Below, in pieces: positions 36,864 to 47,650 of a DNA stretch of 63,847 bases. The position numbers and the translations under genes are program-made. Positions within the stretch are counted from its first letter, which is position 1. Every line of letters starts with the position of its first letter. The notes beneath the pieces were generated by a model that was not told the origin of the DNA, made no database searches, and worked only from the letters and a program-made list of their open reading frames with translations. Source of the DNA: a virus (taxonomy: Duplodnaviria; Heunggongvirae; Uroviricota; Caudoviricetes); IMG/VR virus record IMGVR_UViG_3300042559_001801; one strand, given 5' to 3'.

Positions 36864-37576
36864 AAATTGGTATATTTGGTGATAGTTATGCAGCAGAAAA
36901 GTATGGCCCTATAGCCTGGAGTCACTTATTGCGAACACAATATCACTACAACATATACAATTATGCGTGGTCTGGTACTTGTTTGTTCTGGTCGTATCAA
37001 CAGTTAATAAAACATATTGATAATCTCGACACTGTAATATTTGTTGCAACTCAAAGCGGTCGGCTTGCCGGACCGGATCCGACCACGACGCCGGATTCAC
37101 TGCATAATATTTCTTGTATGTTCAACACCCAATATGCAATTAAAAATAATCCATCAATGGATCTAAATCGTTTGGCTGTGTTTAAAGCTGCTGAGCAGTA
37201 TCATTTAAACTTGACCAATGACCAGTTTGATACATTTGTGCATAATCAAACTATAAAAGAGATTATCAGGCTATGTGGGAAACGCGGAAAAAAACTCATA
37301 ATGATTCCGGCATTTGATGTGAACATTACTCGTCGGTCGGCATTTCGGTGTTCGCTAACCGATGTATCACATAAGGAATTAACTACACAATTTGGTTCAC
37401 AACATCAAGGATATGTTCTGGAAAAGGGTACACGAGCCAATCACATGAGTAAAGAAAATAACATAGTCTTTGCTGGAATTGTTGATAGACTGTTGCGTGA
37501 CGAAGTCTTTTCAATCGGCCTAGACGATTTTGTATTTAAAAAAGTTGCTGATCCCGAGTTGTATTGGGACATTTAA
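36860..37576 (+). CDS. SGNH/GDSL-like hypothetical protein
   Basis: IGIFGDSY block I, NYAWSG and C-terminal ANHM. Confidence 0.5.
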   Translation: MKIGIFGDSYAAEKYGPIAWSHLLRTQYHYNIYNYAWSGTCLFWSYQQLIKHIDNLDTVIFVATQSGRLAGPDPTTTPDSLHNISCMFNTQYAIKNNPSMDLNRLAVFKAAEQYHLNLTNDQFDTFVHNQTIKEIIRLCGKRGKKLIMIPAFDVNITRRSAFRCSLTDVSHKELTTQFGSQHQGYVLEKGTRANHMSKENNIVFAGIVDRLLRDEVFSIGLDDFVFKKVADPELYWDI

Positions 37577-37591
37577 AATAAGGTAAAATTT

Positions 37592-38254
37592 ATGATCATT
37601 GGTGTATGCGGATTCATTGGTAGCGGCAAAGACACTGTTGCGGATTACTTGACTAACTTTCATGGATTTCGTCGAGAATCGTTTGCCAACAGTTTAAAAG
37701 ATGCTGTGGCACAGGTGTTTGGATGGGATCGAATCATGCTGGAAGGTCGCACAACACAAGCTCGTGCCTGGCGCGAACAAGTTGATCCATGGTGGGCTCA
37801 GCGGCTTGATATGCCCGATCTTACACCGCGTTGGGTACTGCAACACTGGGGCACTGAAGTGTGCCGAAAAGCGTTTCACGATGATATTTGGATTGCTTCA
37901 TTAGAAAATAAACTGCGAAACAGCACCGACAACATTGTTATCAGTGACTGTCGCTTTCCCAACGAAATTCGATCAATTAAAGATGCAGGTGGCATTGTTA
38001 TTCGTGTAAAACGTGGCGCTGAGCCAGACTGGTACAATGATGCTGCGGATATGAATGCCGGCGATCGGTGTTTAAACTACATGACTGCTAAAGTACGGAT
38101 GCAAAAACTAGGAATACATGCCAGTGAAACAGCATGGGTAGGCACCAAGTTTGATGCAGTATTGCTCAATGACTCTACCATCGACGATTTGTTTGAGCAA
38201 GTTAAAAGTCTGGCGTTAAGTCACCTGGCTGCCAAGGCAAATCAGACTTTTTGA
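37592..38254 (+). CDS. Deoxynucleoside monophosphate kinase (T4 gp1-like)
   Basis: P-loop GFIGSGKDT, LQHWGTE, ISDCRFPNE and HASE motifs. Confidence 0.9.
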   Translation: MIIGVCGFIGSGKDTVADYLTNFHGFRRESFANSLKDAVAQVFGWDRIMLEGRTTQARAWREQVDPWWAQRLDMPDLTPRWVLQHWGTEVCRKAFHDDIWIASLENKLRNSTDNIVISDCRFPNEIRSIKDAGGIVIRVKRGAEPDWYNDAADMNAGDRCLNYMTAKVRMQKLGIHASETAWVGTKFDAVLLNDSTIDDLFEQVKSLALSHLAAKANQTF

Positions 38255-38549
38255 TTTCAACTGTACAATTCAAACATACGGTCTTTAAATTGGTTGCATT
38301 GGTATTGTGCAGATTACTGTCTGCATGATATACCAACAACTGAGCTGCATATTTTGATTTGAACCCACACCGGTCACAGGTGGTTTTTTTCTTGTAGCCG
38401 GCTGATTGCCATCGAGCCACCGGAGGTTTGATGCGCCGTTTTTTCTTAATGCATTGATCGCATCGAGATCTATAGTGTGCCATGCCATCACGATAGTAGT
38501 TAACAGCACACAGTCGTTGGCTGCAAGCAGTACACATTGGTCTTTCCAT
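38202..38549 (-). CDS. Cys-rich zinc-finger / HNH-like protein
   Basis: CxxC pairs (CTAC, CDQC, CDRC, CLNC) and H.D.N.HN...NL. Preceded by minus-strand ggtaaata-N4-ATG. Confidence 0.65.
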   Translation of the reverse strand: MERPMCTACSQRLCAVNYYRDGMAHYRSRCDQCIKKKRRIKPPVARWQSAGYKKKTTCDRCGFKSKYAAQLLVYHADSNLHNTNATNLKTVCLNCTVEIKKSDLPWQPGDLTPDF

Positions 38550-38644
38550 GATGTATTTACCATAAAACCTTTCCTAAAGGACAACATCGTGGCGGTTTTT
38601 CTGCGCAAGCGCTAAATATTAGCAACTAGGAAAAGGACCAGACC

Positions 38645-41600
38645 ATGGCACTAACATCACCAGGCGTAGAAGTAACCATCATTGACGAGAGTCAGTATAT
38701 CCCGTCGGCTACCAATTCGGTACCGTACATTTTATTGGCAACTGCCCAGAACAAAGCCAGTGCAGCCGGAGTAGGCGTAGCACCAGGAACATTGGCAGCC
38801 AACGCTAATAGAGTATACTTAATTACAAGTCAGCGTGATTTGGCCGCCACATACGGTAATCCATTCTTCTACAAAACAACTGCTGGTACACCAATCAATG
38901 GTTACGAGCTGAACGAATACGGATTATTGGCTGCTTACTCTGCATTGGGTGCAAGCAATCGTGTGTATGTTCAGCGTGTTGACATTGACTTGACTGAGCT
39001 AACAGCCACATTGACTCGCCCAACTGGTTCGCCAAACAACAATACTTACTGGTTAGATACTACCAACTCACGATGGGGTATTTTTCAATGGAATGAAACC
39101 ACTGCTGCGTTCACTGTGCAAACTCCATTGGTGATTACAAGCACAACACAATTGGAAGTTTCCAGCACAGTTCCTTTACAAACAGTTGGCAGCATTGGTG
39201 ATTATGCTATCACCGCTGCTACCGCTGCCACAACATTTAATCCAGGATATTTCAAGCGTGGAGGTCCAACATCTGCTCAGACCAGCTCTGTAGAATTGGC
39301 AGACCTGTACAACACTTGGGTGTTGATTGGCAGCGATGAATGGAAAACTTCATGGCCCACAGTTTCTGGCACATTGGCTCCAACATCATTGACTGCCGGC
39401 AATACATTCACAGTGAATGACACTTTGATCACTGTGCCAGTTAGCCCTAACAACACAGTAGATGGTATTGCAGATGCAATCAACAGTGCAAATATCACAG
39501 GTGTATATGCTGCTACCATTGGTGGTAGACTGTACATGTACGCTGATTCTACCGCGTCCAATGACGGTAGCACAGGCAACGGCGGCATTATTTCAATTGC
39601 AACCGGCACAGGCACGCCACTAACTACATTGGGCATTACAGCTGGTGATTCGTATGCTCCGGCTTTCTTGGCTGCACCTAGTTATGATGCACCACGCTGG
39701 GGTTCCACACAAACTCAACCACACCCAACTGGCAGTGTATGGCAAAAGATTTCAAGCGTAAACGAAGGTGCTGCATTATCTGTCAAGCAATGGAGCACTG
39801 CCTTGGCCTTGTTTGTACAGCAGGCCTGCCCATTGTACACAACTACTCGAGAGGCAACATATGACCTTGACCCAAGTGGCGGCGGCGCAAATATTCCAGC
39901 TGGATCCACAATTGGCCGAATTGATGACCTCAACAACAACACCAGTTCTATAGTCATATTTGAACGATTTGCTACCGGTGCAACAGAGATCACCGGTGAT
40001 GACGACACCCCGGGTCCGTTTGTAAACGGCAACTCGTTTACAATAGCTGCTTCACAACCAGGAACATCAGCATTGACAACTGCCACTGCTACCGTGCTTG
40101 GCACTACCACTGCTGATTTTATTGCCGCAGTCAGTGCAGCAAACATTCCTTATGTCAGTGCTGCTGTCAACAGCGCTGGCGCAATTGTGTTTACACATGC
40201 CACTGGCGGTCAAATAACTTTGACCAACGTGACAGGAACACCTATTGCTACAGCTGGATTTAATTCATCTGTGCGCGGATGTAGTCTATCTTATACCGCA
40301 GGCGTAGCCACCGGACTGGTTTTGATGAACTGGGTATCAACACCAACATTTACCTACATTGCCAGTGCGGATGCCCCAGATCAAGATCCAGCAGACGGTC
40401 GTTTATGGTACTACAGTGCAGTTGATGAGGTTGATATCATGATTCAAGACAACGGATCATGGCAAGGTTATCAAAATGTAACAAACGATGTTCGTGGTTA
40501 CGATTTGAGCAATACCAATGCCACCGGTCCTATCATCAGTGCCACTGCACCAGTTACACAAACTGATGAATCCGAGTCTCCATTGGTGTACGGTGACTTG
40601 TGGATTGACACAAGTGACTTAGAAAATTATCCAGTGATCAGTCGCTGGGAGTCAGTCAGCGGACAAGACCAATGGGTTCCGATCGACAACACTGACCAGA
40701 CCACACAAAGTGGTGTGTTATTTGCAGATGCTCGTTGGGCACCAAATGGTACTACAGATCCTATCACAGGTGCCTTTCCAACAATTACAAGTTTATTAAC
40801 CAGCGATTATTTGGATTTAGATGCTCCTACGCCAACACTATATCCACAAGGCATGTTGTTGTTCAACACACGCCGTTCGGGATTCAATGTCAAGAGTTTC
40901 CAGGTAAATTACTTCAACTCCGTCACATTCCCAGACGACACATTACCGGCTGAAACCAATGCATGGGTAACAGCAAGTGGACTAAGAGCCGACGGTTCTC
41001 CATACATGGGCCGTCAAGCTCAACGAGCATTGATTGTTGCTGCCATGAAAGCAGGTATTGATACAAACACTGATATCCGTGAAGAACAGCGTCAATTCAA
41101 CTTGATGGCAACACCTGCATATCCAGAACTAATGCCCAACATGATTGCACTGAACAATGAGCGTGGCAACACTGGCTTTATCATCGGTGACACTCCGTTG
41201 CGTTTAGATCCACAAGATATTTTGACTTGGGCAAGCAACAACAACGGTCTAGGATTGCCCACTGGTGATGGCCTGATTGCCGGTAACCAATACATGGGTG
41301 TGTTCTATCCAAGTTGCCAAACAACTGATTTAAGTGGCAGCCCAGTGGTAACTGCGCCAAGTCACATGATGATTAGAACAATTATCCGCAGTGACGAAGT
41401 ATCGTTTCCTTGGTTTGCACCAGCTGGTACACGCCGTGGTGTAGTTGACAATGCTTTACAAATTGGCTACATCAATTCGGGCACAGGCGAATTTGAGTCA
41501 TTGGGTGTTCGCCAAGGCCTGCGCGATGTACTGTATGAAAATGCAATCAACCCAATAACATTTATTCCTGGAGTTGGTATCACCAACTTTGGTAATAAAA

Positions 41601-41950
41601 CAACAACTTCGATCACAAGTGCGTTGGATCGTATCAATGTGGCCCGCTTGGTTGCGTTCATACGTGGTCGCTTAGACGTGATTGGCAAGCAGTATTTGTT
41701 TGAACCAAACGATCAAATCACTCGCAATCAGATCAAGAATGCCATTGACGGTCTGATGATTGACCTGGTTGCCAAGCGTGGTTTGTATGACTACTTGGTT
41801 GTGTGTGATTTGACAAACAATACGCCAGCTCGTATTGATCGTAACGAGTTGTATGTTGACATTGCAATTGAGCCGGTCAAGGCAGTTGAATTCATCTACA
41901 TTCCAGTGCGTATCAAGAACACAGGAGAGATATCTGGCGTAGCTAGCTAA
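38645..41950 (+). CDS. gp18: Tail sheath protein with large internal insertion
   Basis: MALTSPGVEVTIIDES, PWFAPAGTRRG, LDRINVARL and IEPVKAVEFIYIP motifs. Confidence 0.95.
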   Translation: MALTSPGVEVTIIDESQYIPSATNSVPYILLATAQNKASAAGVGVAPGTLAANANRVYLITSQRDLAATYGNPFFYKTTAGTPINGYELNEYGLLAAYSALGASNRVYVQRVDIDLTELTATLTRPTGSPNNNTYWLDTTNSRWGIFQWNETTAAFTVQTPLVITSTTQLEVSSTVPLQTVGSIGDYAITAATAATTFNPGYFKRGGPTSAQTSSVELADLYNTWVLIGSDEWKTSWPTVSGTLAPTSLTAGNTFTVNDTLITVPVSPNNTVDGIADAINSANITGVYAATIGGRLYMYADSTASNDGSTGNGGIISIATGTGTPLTTLGITAGDSYAPAFLAAPSYDAPRWGSTQTQPHPTGSVWQKISSVNEGAALSVKQWSTALALFVQQACPLYTTTREATYDLDPSGGGANIPAGSTIGRIDDLNNNTSSIVIFERFATGATEITGDDDTPGPFVNGNSFTIAASQPGTSALTTATATVLGTTTADFIAAVSAANIPYVSAAVNSAGAIVFTHATGGQITLTNVTGTPIATAGFNSSVRGCSLSYTAGVATGLVLMNWVSTPTFTYIASADAPDQDPADGRLWYYSAVDEVDIMIQDNGSWQGYQNVTNDVRGYDLSNTNATGPIISATAPVTQTDESESPLVYGDLWIDTSDLENYPVISRWESVSGQDQWVPIDNTDQTTQSGVLFADARWAPNGTTDPITGAFPTITSLLTSDYLDLDAPTPTLYPQGMLLFNTRRSGFNVKSFQVNYFNSVTFPDDTLPAETNAWVTASGLRADGSPYMGRQAQRALIVAAMKAGIDTNTDIREEQRQFNLMATPAYPELMPNMIALNNERGNTGFIIGDTPLRLDPQDILTWASNNNGLGLPTGDGLIAGNQYMGVFYPSCQTTDLSGSPVVTAPSHMMIRTIIRSDEVSFPWFAPAGTRRGVVDNALQIGYINSGTGEFESLGVRQGLRDVLYENAINPITFIPGVGITNFGNKTTTSITSALDRINVARLVAFIRGRLDVIGKQYLFEPNDQITRNQIKNAIDGLMIDLVAKRGLYDYLVVCDLTNNTPARIDRNELYVDIAIEPVKAVEFIYIPVRIKNTGEISGVAS

Positions 41951-41952
41951 GG

Positions 41953-41979
41953 AAAAAGGAGTGGCAACACTCCTTTTTT
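41953..41979. terminator. Rho-independent terminator after the sheath gene
   Basis: aaaaa-ggagtg-GCAA-cactcc-tttttt. Confidence 0.85.
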
Positions 41980-42025
41980 GACCAGACTCAATCACCATAA
42001 ATAACAGTATATAGGAGAACAACAA

Positions 42026-42670
42026 ATGGCCGTATCATCACTAAGCAAAATGACAGTTCCTTTGGCCAGCGACCAAAGTGCTTCGACACAGGGTGTATTA
42101 ATGCCCAAACTCAAATATCGCTTCAGAGTGTTATTTGAAAATTTCGGAGCCGCTAACAATGCTGCACCTGTAACAGAATTGACCAAGCAGGTGATTGATT
42201 TTACCCGGCCAACTGTTACTTTTGCACAAATTGATTTGCCAATTTACAATTCCACAATCAAGCTGGCTGGCAAGCATTCATGGAATGATATCACCTGCAA
42301 TCTGCGTGATGATGCTGGCGCAAATGTACAAAAACTTGTGGGCGAACAGCTACAGAAACAACTGGACTTTATGGAAATGGCCAGCGCCAGTGCTGGTATT
42401 GACTACAAGTTCATTACCAAATTTGAAGTGCTGGACGGCGGCAACGGTGCTGTACAACCAGTGGTTCTTGAATCATGGGAACTGTACGGTTGCTACCTGA
42501 AAGAAGTAAACTACAACGACGCCAACTATGCTTCCAGTGAAGCAATGACCATTGGATTGTCGATCACATTTGACAATGCCAATCAAGTTGTTGGTGGCGG
42601 TGTTGGTTCAGCAGGCACATTGGTTGGTCGAGCAGGAGACGTTGCTACTGGCGTAACTACTGGACTCTAA
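42026..42670 (+). CDS. gp19: Tail tube protein
   Basis: Follows the sheath gene; LAGKHSWNDITCNLRDD and WELYGCY motifs. Confidence 0.85.
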   Translation: MAVSSLSKMTVPLASDQSASTQGVLMPKLKYRFRVLFENFGAANNAAPVTELTKQVIDFTRPTVTFAQIDLPIYNSTIKLAGKHSWNDITCNLRDDAGANVQKLVGEQLQKQLDFMEMASASAGIDYKFITKFEVLDGGNGAVQPVVLESWELYGCYLKEVNYNDANYASSEAMTIGLSITFDNANQVVGGGVGSAGTLVGRAGDVATGVTTGL

Positions 42671-43794
42671 TGAGTTTTGGACAAGATTTTCTCAAAGGTT
42701 TTATTGGCGACAACGGGTTAAGAGATTATACCCACGCTAGTAAAACCTTTCGCACGAATGGCTACGAACTTGCGCCTCGGCTCAAGTTTCTGTTCCATAC
42801 ATATTTCAATCTGAATCCACAAATACCCGGCGTACAACAACTGTTGGGCAACGGCAATGTTGCCAGCATAGGATTATCTGTCAAAACAGTCGACCTGCCC
42901 AGTTATCAAATCAGTGTTGACACACTGAATCAATACAATCGTAAGCGCCTGGTACAAAGTAAAATTAAATATCAGCCCATTCAAATAACATTCAACGATG
43001 ACGGCGGCGACCTAATTCGTAATTTGTGGTACACTTATTTTAACTATTACTACAAAGATCCAGTGAACAAGTACGAAGGTGTTCCCAACACCAATGGCAA
43101 CAGTGGCGATTTACAAACAACACCTGCAGGATTCAGTTACAACGCCAGCGATACCTACAGCAATCGTTTTGTGAACGACTGGGGCTACGCTGGCGAATCA
43201 TATTCAGACGGCACATTCACTGGCGCTGGAAAACCTGCATTTTTTAAAGACATTAAAATTTACGGCCTAAATCAACACAAGTTTGCTGCGTATGTGTTGA
43301 TAAATCCCATGATCACCGACTGGCGCCACGACACCTACGACTACAGTCAAGGCAACGGCACAATGACACACACTGTCACAATAGATTATGAAACTGTAAA
43401 ATATTATTCTGGTGCCATTGGTGCAGCACGACCAGATACCAATGTGGTTGGGTTTGCTGATCCAAATTATTATGATCAAATTAGAAGTTCGTTGGCACGG
43501 CCCGGCAGTCAGGCCACTGTGTTGGGTCAAGGCGGACTGCTTGATGCTGGAGTGGGTATAATGGAAGATATTCAAGCCTTGGCCTCTGGCAACGGAAGTC
43601 TTGCCAATGTGTTGGGCGGAGTACAAAAAGCTCTCAATGTGAATGCCACATTGAAAAAGAACTCCATTGGCGATTTGGTAAGAAACGATGCCAAAACAGT
43701 ACAACAAGATGTGTTGCGCAACAGCTTGCCCGGCGCAGTTAGAGCTGCTGCAAATTCAGTCAACAGTCAAATATTTCCCAAGGCACCACGATAA
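42670..43794 (+). CDS. Tail tube initiator/cap-like baseplate protein (gp48/gp54-like)
   Basis: Tube-like fold pattern LSVKTVDLPSY...YQPIQITFNDD...LINPMITDW; position after the tube gene. Confidence 0.6.
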   Translation: MSFGQDFLKGFIGDNGLRDYTHASKTFRTNGYELAPRLKFLFHTYFNLNPQIPGVQQLLGNGNVASIGLSVKTVDLPSYQISVDTLNQYNRKRLVQSKIKYQPIQITFNDDGGDLIRNLWYTYFNYYYKDPVNKYEGVPNTNGNSGDLQTTPAGFSYNASDTYSNRFVNDWGYAGESYSDGTFTGAGKPAFFKDIKIYGLNQHKFAAYVLINPMITDWRHDTYDYSQGNGTMTHTVTIDYETVKYYSGAIGAARPDTNVVGFADPNYYDQIRSSLARPGSQATVLGQGGLLDAGVGIMEDIQALASGNGSLANVLGGVQKALNVNATLKKNSIGDLVRNDAKTVQQDVLRNSLPGAVRAAANSVNSQIFPKAPR

Positions 43795-44156
43795 TGGGCA
43801 CCATTAACGATACCAACTACAACATAGATCTCACAGTTCGTGTGTTTGACGAATTTTACGGATTTGAATCGGTTGTTCCTGTGAATGAATGGGACGCTGT
43901 GAGTTCGTATTTTGAATCAATCTACACCACACGAGAAGCAGCAAGAAATTTTGCAACTGCCATATTCAGAGTTGCTAACCAACAAGGCATATCTGCCATG
44001 ACCTTGCTGGCACAGATACAAACAGCCAGCGGTCCAGCAGAATTAGATATAACCATTGCGTACTATCTCAATAACCTGCGCAGCAACAGCACTTTGTTGG
44101 GTGTGTCACAGCCGGTGCAGCCAAACTACTATGCAGCCCGCAATGTCCGAGCATGA
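43794..44156 (+). CDS. Hypothetical baseplate-region protein
   Basis: Translationally coupled to both neighbours. Confidence 0.6.
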   Translation: MGTINDTNYNIDLTVRVFDEFYGFESVVPVNEWDAVSSYFESIYTTREAARNFATAIFRVANQQGISAMTLLAQIQTASGPAELDITIAYYLNNLRSNSTLLGVSQPVQPNYYAARNVRA

Positions 44157-44584
44157 GCAAGTTTGCACAAGGTCCCTACACCGTTAAAAATGCCGCCAAG
44201 TATGTGGGCAAGGGTGTTCCGCGTTATAGATCGGGCTGGGAGTTGTCATTTATGCAATTTCTCGACAACAACGACCATGTGATGCAATGGGCCAGTGAAT
44301 CAATTCAGATACCCTATCGTAATCCCATCACTGGCAAACAAAGCATATATGTTCCGGACTTTTTGATCACCTATAGAACACGGCAAAACACCCTGATTGC
44401 TGAAGTGGTTGAAATCAAACCCAAGAAACAAAGCGTAATTGAAAGCAAAATGAGCAACCGAGATCGTATGGTAGTTGCTATCAACTATGCCAAATGGGAC
44501 CAGGCCACCAAGTGGTGCAACCGTAACGGCTTGAAGTTCCGTGTCATTACTGAAGACGACATGTTCAGGAACGGCGGAAAATAA
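44153..44584 (+). CDS. gp4: Head completion nuclease (gp4-like, TnsA-type)
   Basis: YRSGWE, WASE...IPY, YVPDF, VEIKP and KW...FRVITE motifs. Confidence 0.85.
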   Translation: MSKFAQGPYTVKNAAKYVGKGVPRYRSGWELSFMQFLDNNDHVMQWASESIQIPYRNPITGKQSIYVPDFLITYRTRQNTLIAEVVEIKPKKQSVIESKMSNRDRMVVAINYAKWDQATKWCNRNGLKFRVITEDDMFRNGGK

Positions 44585-44617
44585 GCTACCCTAAACCGTA
44601 GATGCGGTAAATACGGC

Positions 44618-45124
44618 ATGACGAGAAAACTTGAAGAGCTTTTTGATTTGCCATCCGGCACCGCTGACACAGATGAAACTGTGACAGACATTGCGGCCAC
44701 ACAATACAGCATAACAGAAATTGATTCGGCCATTGACAAAATTGATGCAGCCCTGCCCGGCATCCGCGACCTTGAAACCAGCGATAAAGAAATGGATGAT
44801 TTGGCTGTCAAAGCAACAGAAACATTCGACGATCTAATGGATCTTGGCATGCAGGTGGACAGTCGTTATGCCAGCGAAATATTTGCTGTGGCCGGTGCCA
44901 TGCTGGGTCATGCACTCACTGCCAAAACAGCCAAGATGAACAAGAAATTAAAGATGATTCAGTTGCAGTTACAAAAAGCCAAACTGGATCTTGACAAGGA
45001 AAAAGCTGCTGGTCACGACGACGATGACGACCCTGCTGCAACTGCCGAAGGACAAGTGCTGAGCCGCAATGATTTACTTGAGCGCTTGATTGGCACACGG
45101 GATCAAAAGAATAAACCTGCATAA
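44618..45124 (+). CDS. Probable terminase small subunit (gp16-like)
   Basis: Helical core SRYASEIFAVAGAML...K resembles the gp16 PRA.EV...L.K segment; C-terminal SRNDLLERL. Confidence 0.55.
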   Translation: MTRKLEELFDLPSGTADTDETVTDIAATQYSITEIDSAIDKIDAALPGIRDLETSDKEMDDLAVKATETFDDLMDLGMQVDSRYASEIFAVAGAMLGHALTAKTAKMNKKLKMIQLQLQKAKLDLDKEKAAGHDDDDDPAATAEGQVLSRNDLLERLIGTRDQKNKPA

Positions 45125-45144
45125 ATATCATATAGGGATCAAAC

Positions 45145-45750
45145 ATGAAACACTTCAGAGAATATTTGTTAGAAAACGAAAGAGTATACAACTACCGCAT
45201 TAAAATCGCCGGTGATACTCCCAAAGACTTTGTTCGAGCTCTTGAAGAAAAACTTCAACAGTTTGACATTGTTAAAATTTCTGCACCAAAAACAACGCCG
45301 GTTATGGCCAAGTTGGCAGACTTTCCAGCGTTTGACAACGAAAGTTGCACACACATGGATGTGGAGTTTCGCTATCCAGCCATTGAACCACAGATACAAC
45401 AGATAGCACAATTGCTGGGCCTTGATCCAAATCGTGTGCGTATGTTGACTGTGCCATATGAAAACAGCAATGAAAAACTCACTGCTGATGTAGAAGCACA
45501 AAACAAAGATTTACTAAATTCTCCTTACCCTGCTCCGGACGCTGAACAAAAGGCCTTGTACAAGGACTACTCGGCTGCACCGATGGATCATGCAGTGTTG
45601 AAGAATACCTATCGCAGTGAATTCACAGTGGCTGGTGGCAAGACACCACCTGCTGTGACCACAAACAGTTTACCAATGGGCAACAAGAGCCCAATGACCT
45701 CGGTCAAGCGTCCACCACGGCCAGCAACTGGTTACAACCCAAGAGGATAA
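45145..45750 (+). CDS. Hypothetical virion (internal?) protein
   Basis: N-terminal MKHFREYLLE resembles the T4 capsid-targeting leader; late promoter at 45122-45127. Confidence 0.6.
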   Translation: MKHFREYLLENERVYNYRIKIAGDTPKDFVRALEEKLQQFDIVKISAPKTTPVMAKLADFPAFDNESCTHMDVEFRYPAIEPQIQQIAQLLGLDPNRVRMLTVPYENSNEKLTADVEAQNKDLLNSPYPAPDAEQKALYKDYSAAPMDHAVLKNTYRSEFTVAGGKTPPAVTTNSLPMGNKSPMTSVKRPPRPATGYNPRG

Positions 45751-45754
45751 TACA

Positions 45755-47632
45755 ATGAGCTTTTTTCACAACCTAAACAAAAAACTAGATGGCATTGCTG
45801 CCCGCCCTGAATCTGCACAGCTGAATGAGCGTGACATGGGCAAGCACAACAATGCCACAACCGGCTTTGCAGCCTTGGCCAAGAAAGCCGGTGGCGGCGA
45901 AAAGGGTCAAAAGATTGCCGGCGCACAATTCCAGAAGATGAAGAAAGCTGGCCAATTAGAAGAAGGCAATGATTACGACGAGCTACATGATAAAATACAA
46001 TGGCTGATGGGCGCACCAAATTATCTAAGTCGCGACGAAGCTAAAGAAACAGCAGCTTACAATGAAGATCCTGCTATATGGAAAGACAGCGAGTGGGAGG
46101 TTGAACTCGACGAAGGTGTAGACAAGGTAGCATTTGCTGCATTGGCACCCCCTAAAAACAAAATTACTTTTGCTGACAAGATAGCCGGCGCCAAAAAAGA
46201 AGTTGACGAAATGCTGGGCGACGTTGCTGCTGAAGCAATGAAGAACGCACTCAGTGGCGGCCAAAAGAAATTGGATAAAAATCAAAACGGCAAACTAGAT
46301 GCCATGGACTTTGAGATATTGCGCAAAGGCGCTGGCAAACAATCCATGGGCGAGACGCAAGGCGCCACCACTTACACAGTTGCTTATAAAGATCCTAGCA
46401 AACCTGGCAAGTCATACAGCACTCAAGTCAAAGCCACCAGCGCAGCACAAGCAAAAGCAGCGTTTCAGGAATGGAATCACACAGGTCGTTTCACTTATCT
46501 AGGTTCTAGACCCGACGTTGATGAAGTTTATGAAACCGATCGTGAAAATGCATTCACTGCACACAAACGCCCTAGAGCCGAAACGCCTAAGGTAGGTACA
46601 ATTACTCATGGTTCCAAACATGATGTGGAAGAAATTCCCGGTGGTCGCAGAGTCACTCGTCGCACTGATGCACAAGGCATCAGTGTTGGCGCTGATGATG
46701 GTCAAGGCAGCAGCGATGCTCCACGCGGTCGCGGTCGTCCAAAAGGACCTGCCAAAGCACCTGAGCGTGTGACCGGTGGAGCCACCCGTCACAAAGGTGG
46801 TCGTAAAATGACCAAAGAAGGCGACATTGAAATTACAGATCAAGGCGAGTACGATCAAGAAGGCGACATGGCCAAAGACAGCATCAAGACTGTGGTGCGT
46901 CATGCTCAGGCTTTGGAAAAAATACTGGGCGACAACGATAACTTGCCAGAATGGGTACAATCCAAATTGGCCAAGATTGAAAGCATGATGACTGCGGTAG
47001 ATGACTACATGCAGAATCAAGAAACTGATCAAGACGATGAAATGGCCATGGGCGAAGAAAAAACTTCTACTCGTGACAACCGTGCTGAAAAGGCCGGCAA
47101 GCGAGTGGCCAAAGATATTGAGCACGATGAAAAAGAAGACGACGAAAAAGAAGACGAACCCAAGAAGTCCAAGAGCAAATTCAAGTTCGGCGGCAGTGTG
47201 TATGAAAACCTAGATGCACAATTGGAAACCTTGATCAACGAAAGCATGAATGTCACCGTCAACATGGCCACAAGCGACGACGGTCAAGGCGACAACACTA
47301 TCACTGTCACTGCCAGCGGCGAAGATGCCATGACATTGGCTCAGTTGTTAAAGAGTGCTGGACTAGCACAGAGTTCACATTCAGGTTGCTCCACTTGCGG
47401 TCAAAGCAGTTGTGGTTGCGAACAAGTGGATGAGAACAGTCCAGACTATCCAACCAATACTGAAACCAGCAACAATGCATTTCAGTATTCGGGTGGTTTA
47501 AACAAGCCCAAGTCAACCGGACAAACAACTACTCCTGTGCTGGCCAGTCAACTGCGCCGCCAGGTCAGTATGGAAGAAAGTGTAAAGATTGAACGCAATT
47601 TGTTTGACCTATATAAAAATTTTGCAAAATAA
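45755..47632 (+). CDS. Modular charged protein, probable protease-processed internal head protein
   Basis: Repeated hydrophobic-x-E-(G/S/N) junctions, EF-hand-like DKNQNGKLD, AT-hook-like PRGRGRPK and an NLPEWVQSKL module. Confidence 0.6.
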   Translation: MSFFHNLNKKLDGIAARPESAQLNERDMGKHNNATTGFAALAKKAGGGEKGQKIAGAQFQKMKKAGQLEEGNDYDELHDKIQWLMGAPNYLSRDEAKETAAYNEDPAIWKDSEWEVELDEGVDKVAFAALAPPKNKITFADKIAGAKKEVDEMLGDVAAEAMKNALSGGQKKLDKNQNGKLDAMDFEILRKGAGKQSMGETQGATTYTVAYKDPSKPGKSYSTQVKATSAAQAKAAFQEWNHTGRFTYLGSRPDVDEVYETDRENAFTAHKRPRAETPKVGTITHGSKHDVEEIPGGRRVTRRTDAQGISVGADDGQGSSDAPRGRGRPKGPAKAPERVTGGATRHKGGRKMTKEGDIEITDQGEYDQEGDMAKDSIKTVVRHAQALEKILGDNDNLPEWVQSKLAKIESMMTAVDDYMQNQETDQDDEMAMGEEKTSTRDNRAEKAGKRVAKDIEHDEKEDDEKEDEPKKSKSKFKFGGSVYENLDAQLETLINESMNVTVNMATSDDGQGDNTITVTASGEDAMTLAQLLKSAGLAQSSHSGCSTCGQSSCGCEQVDENSPDYPTNTETSNNAFQYSGGLNKPKSTGQTTTPVLASQLRRQVSMEESVKIERNLFDLYKNFAK

Positions 47633-47650
47633 ACGACAAAGGAAAACAAA

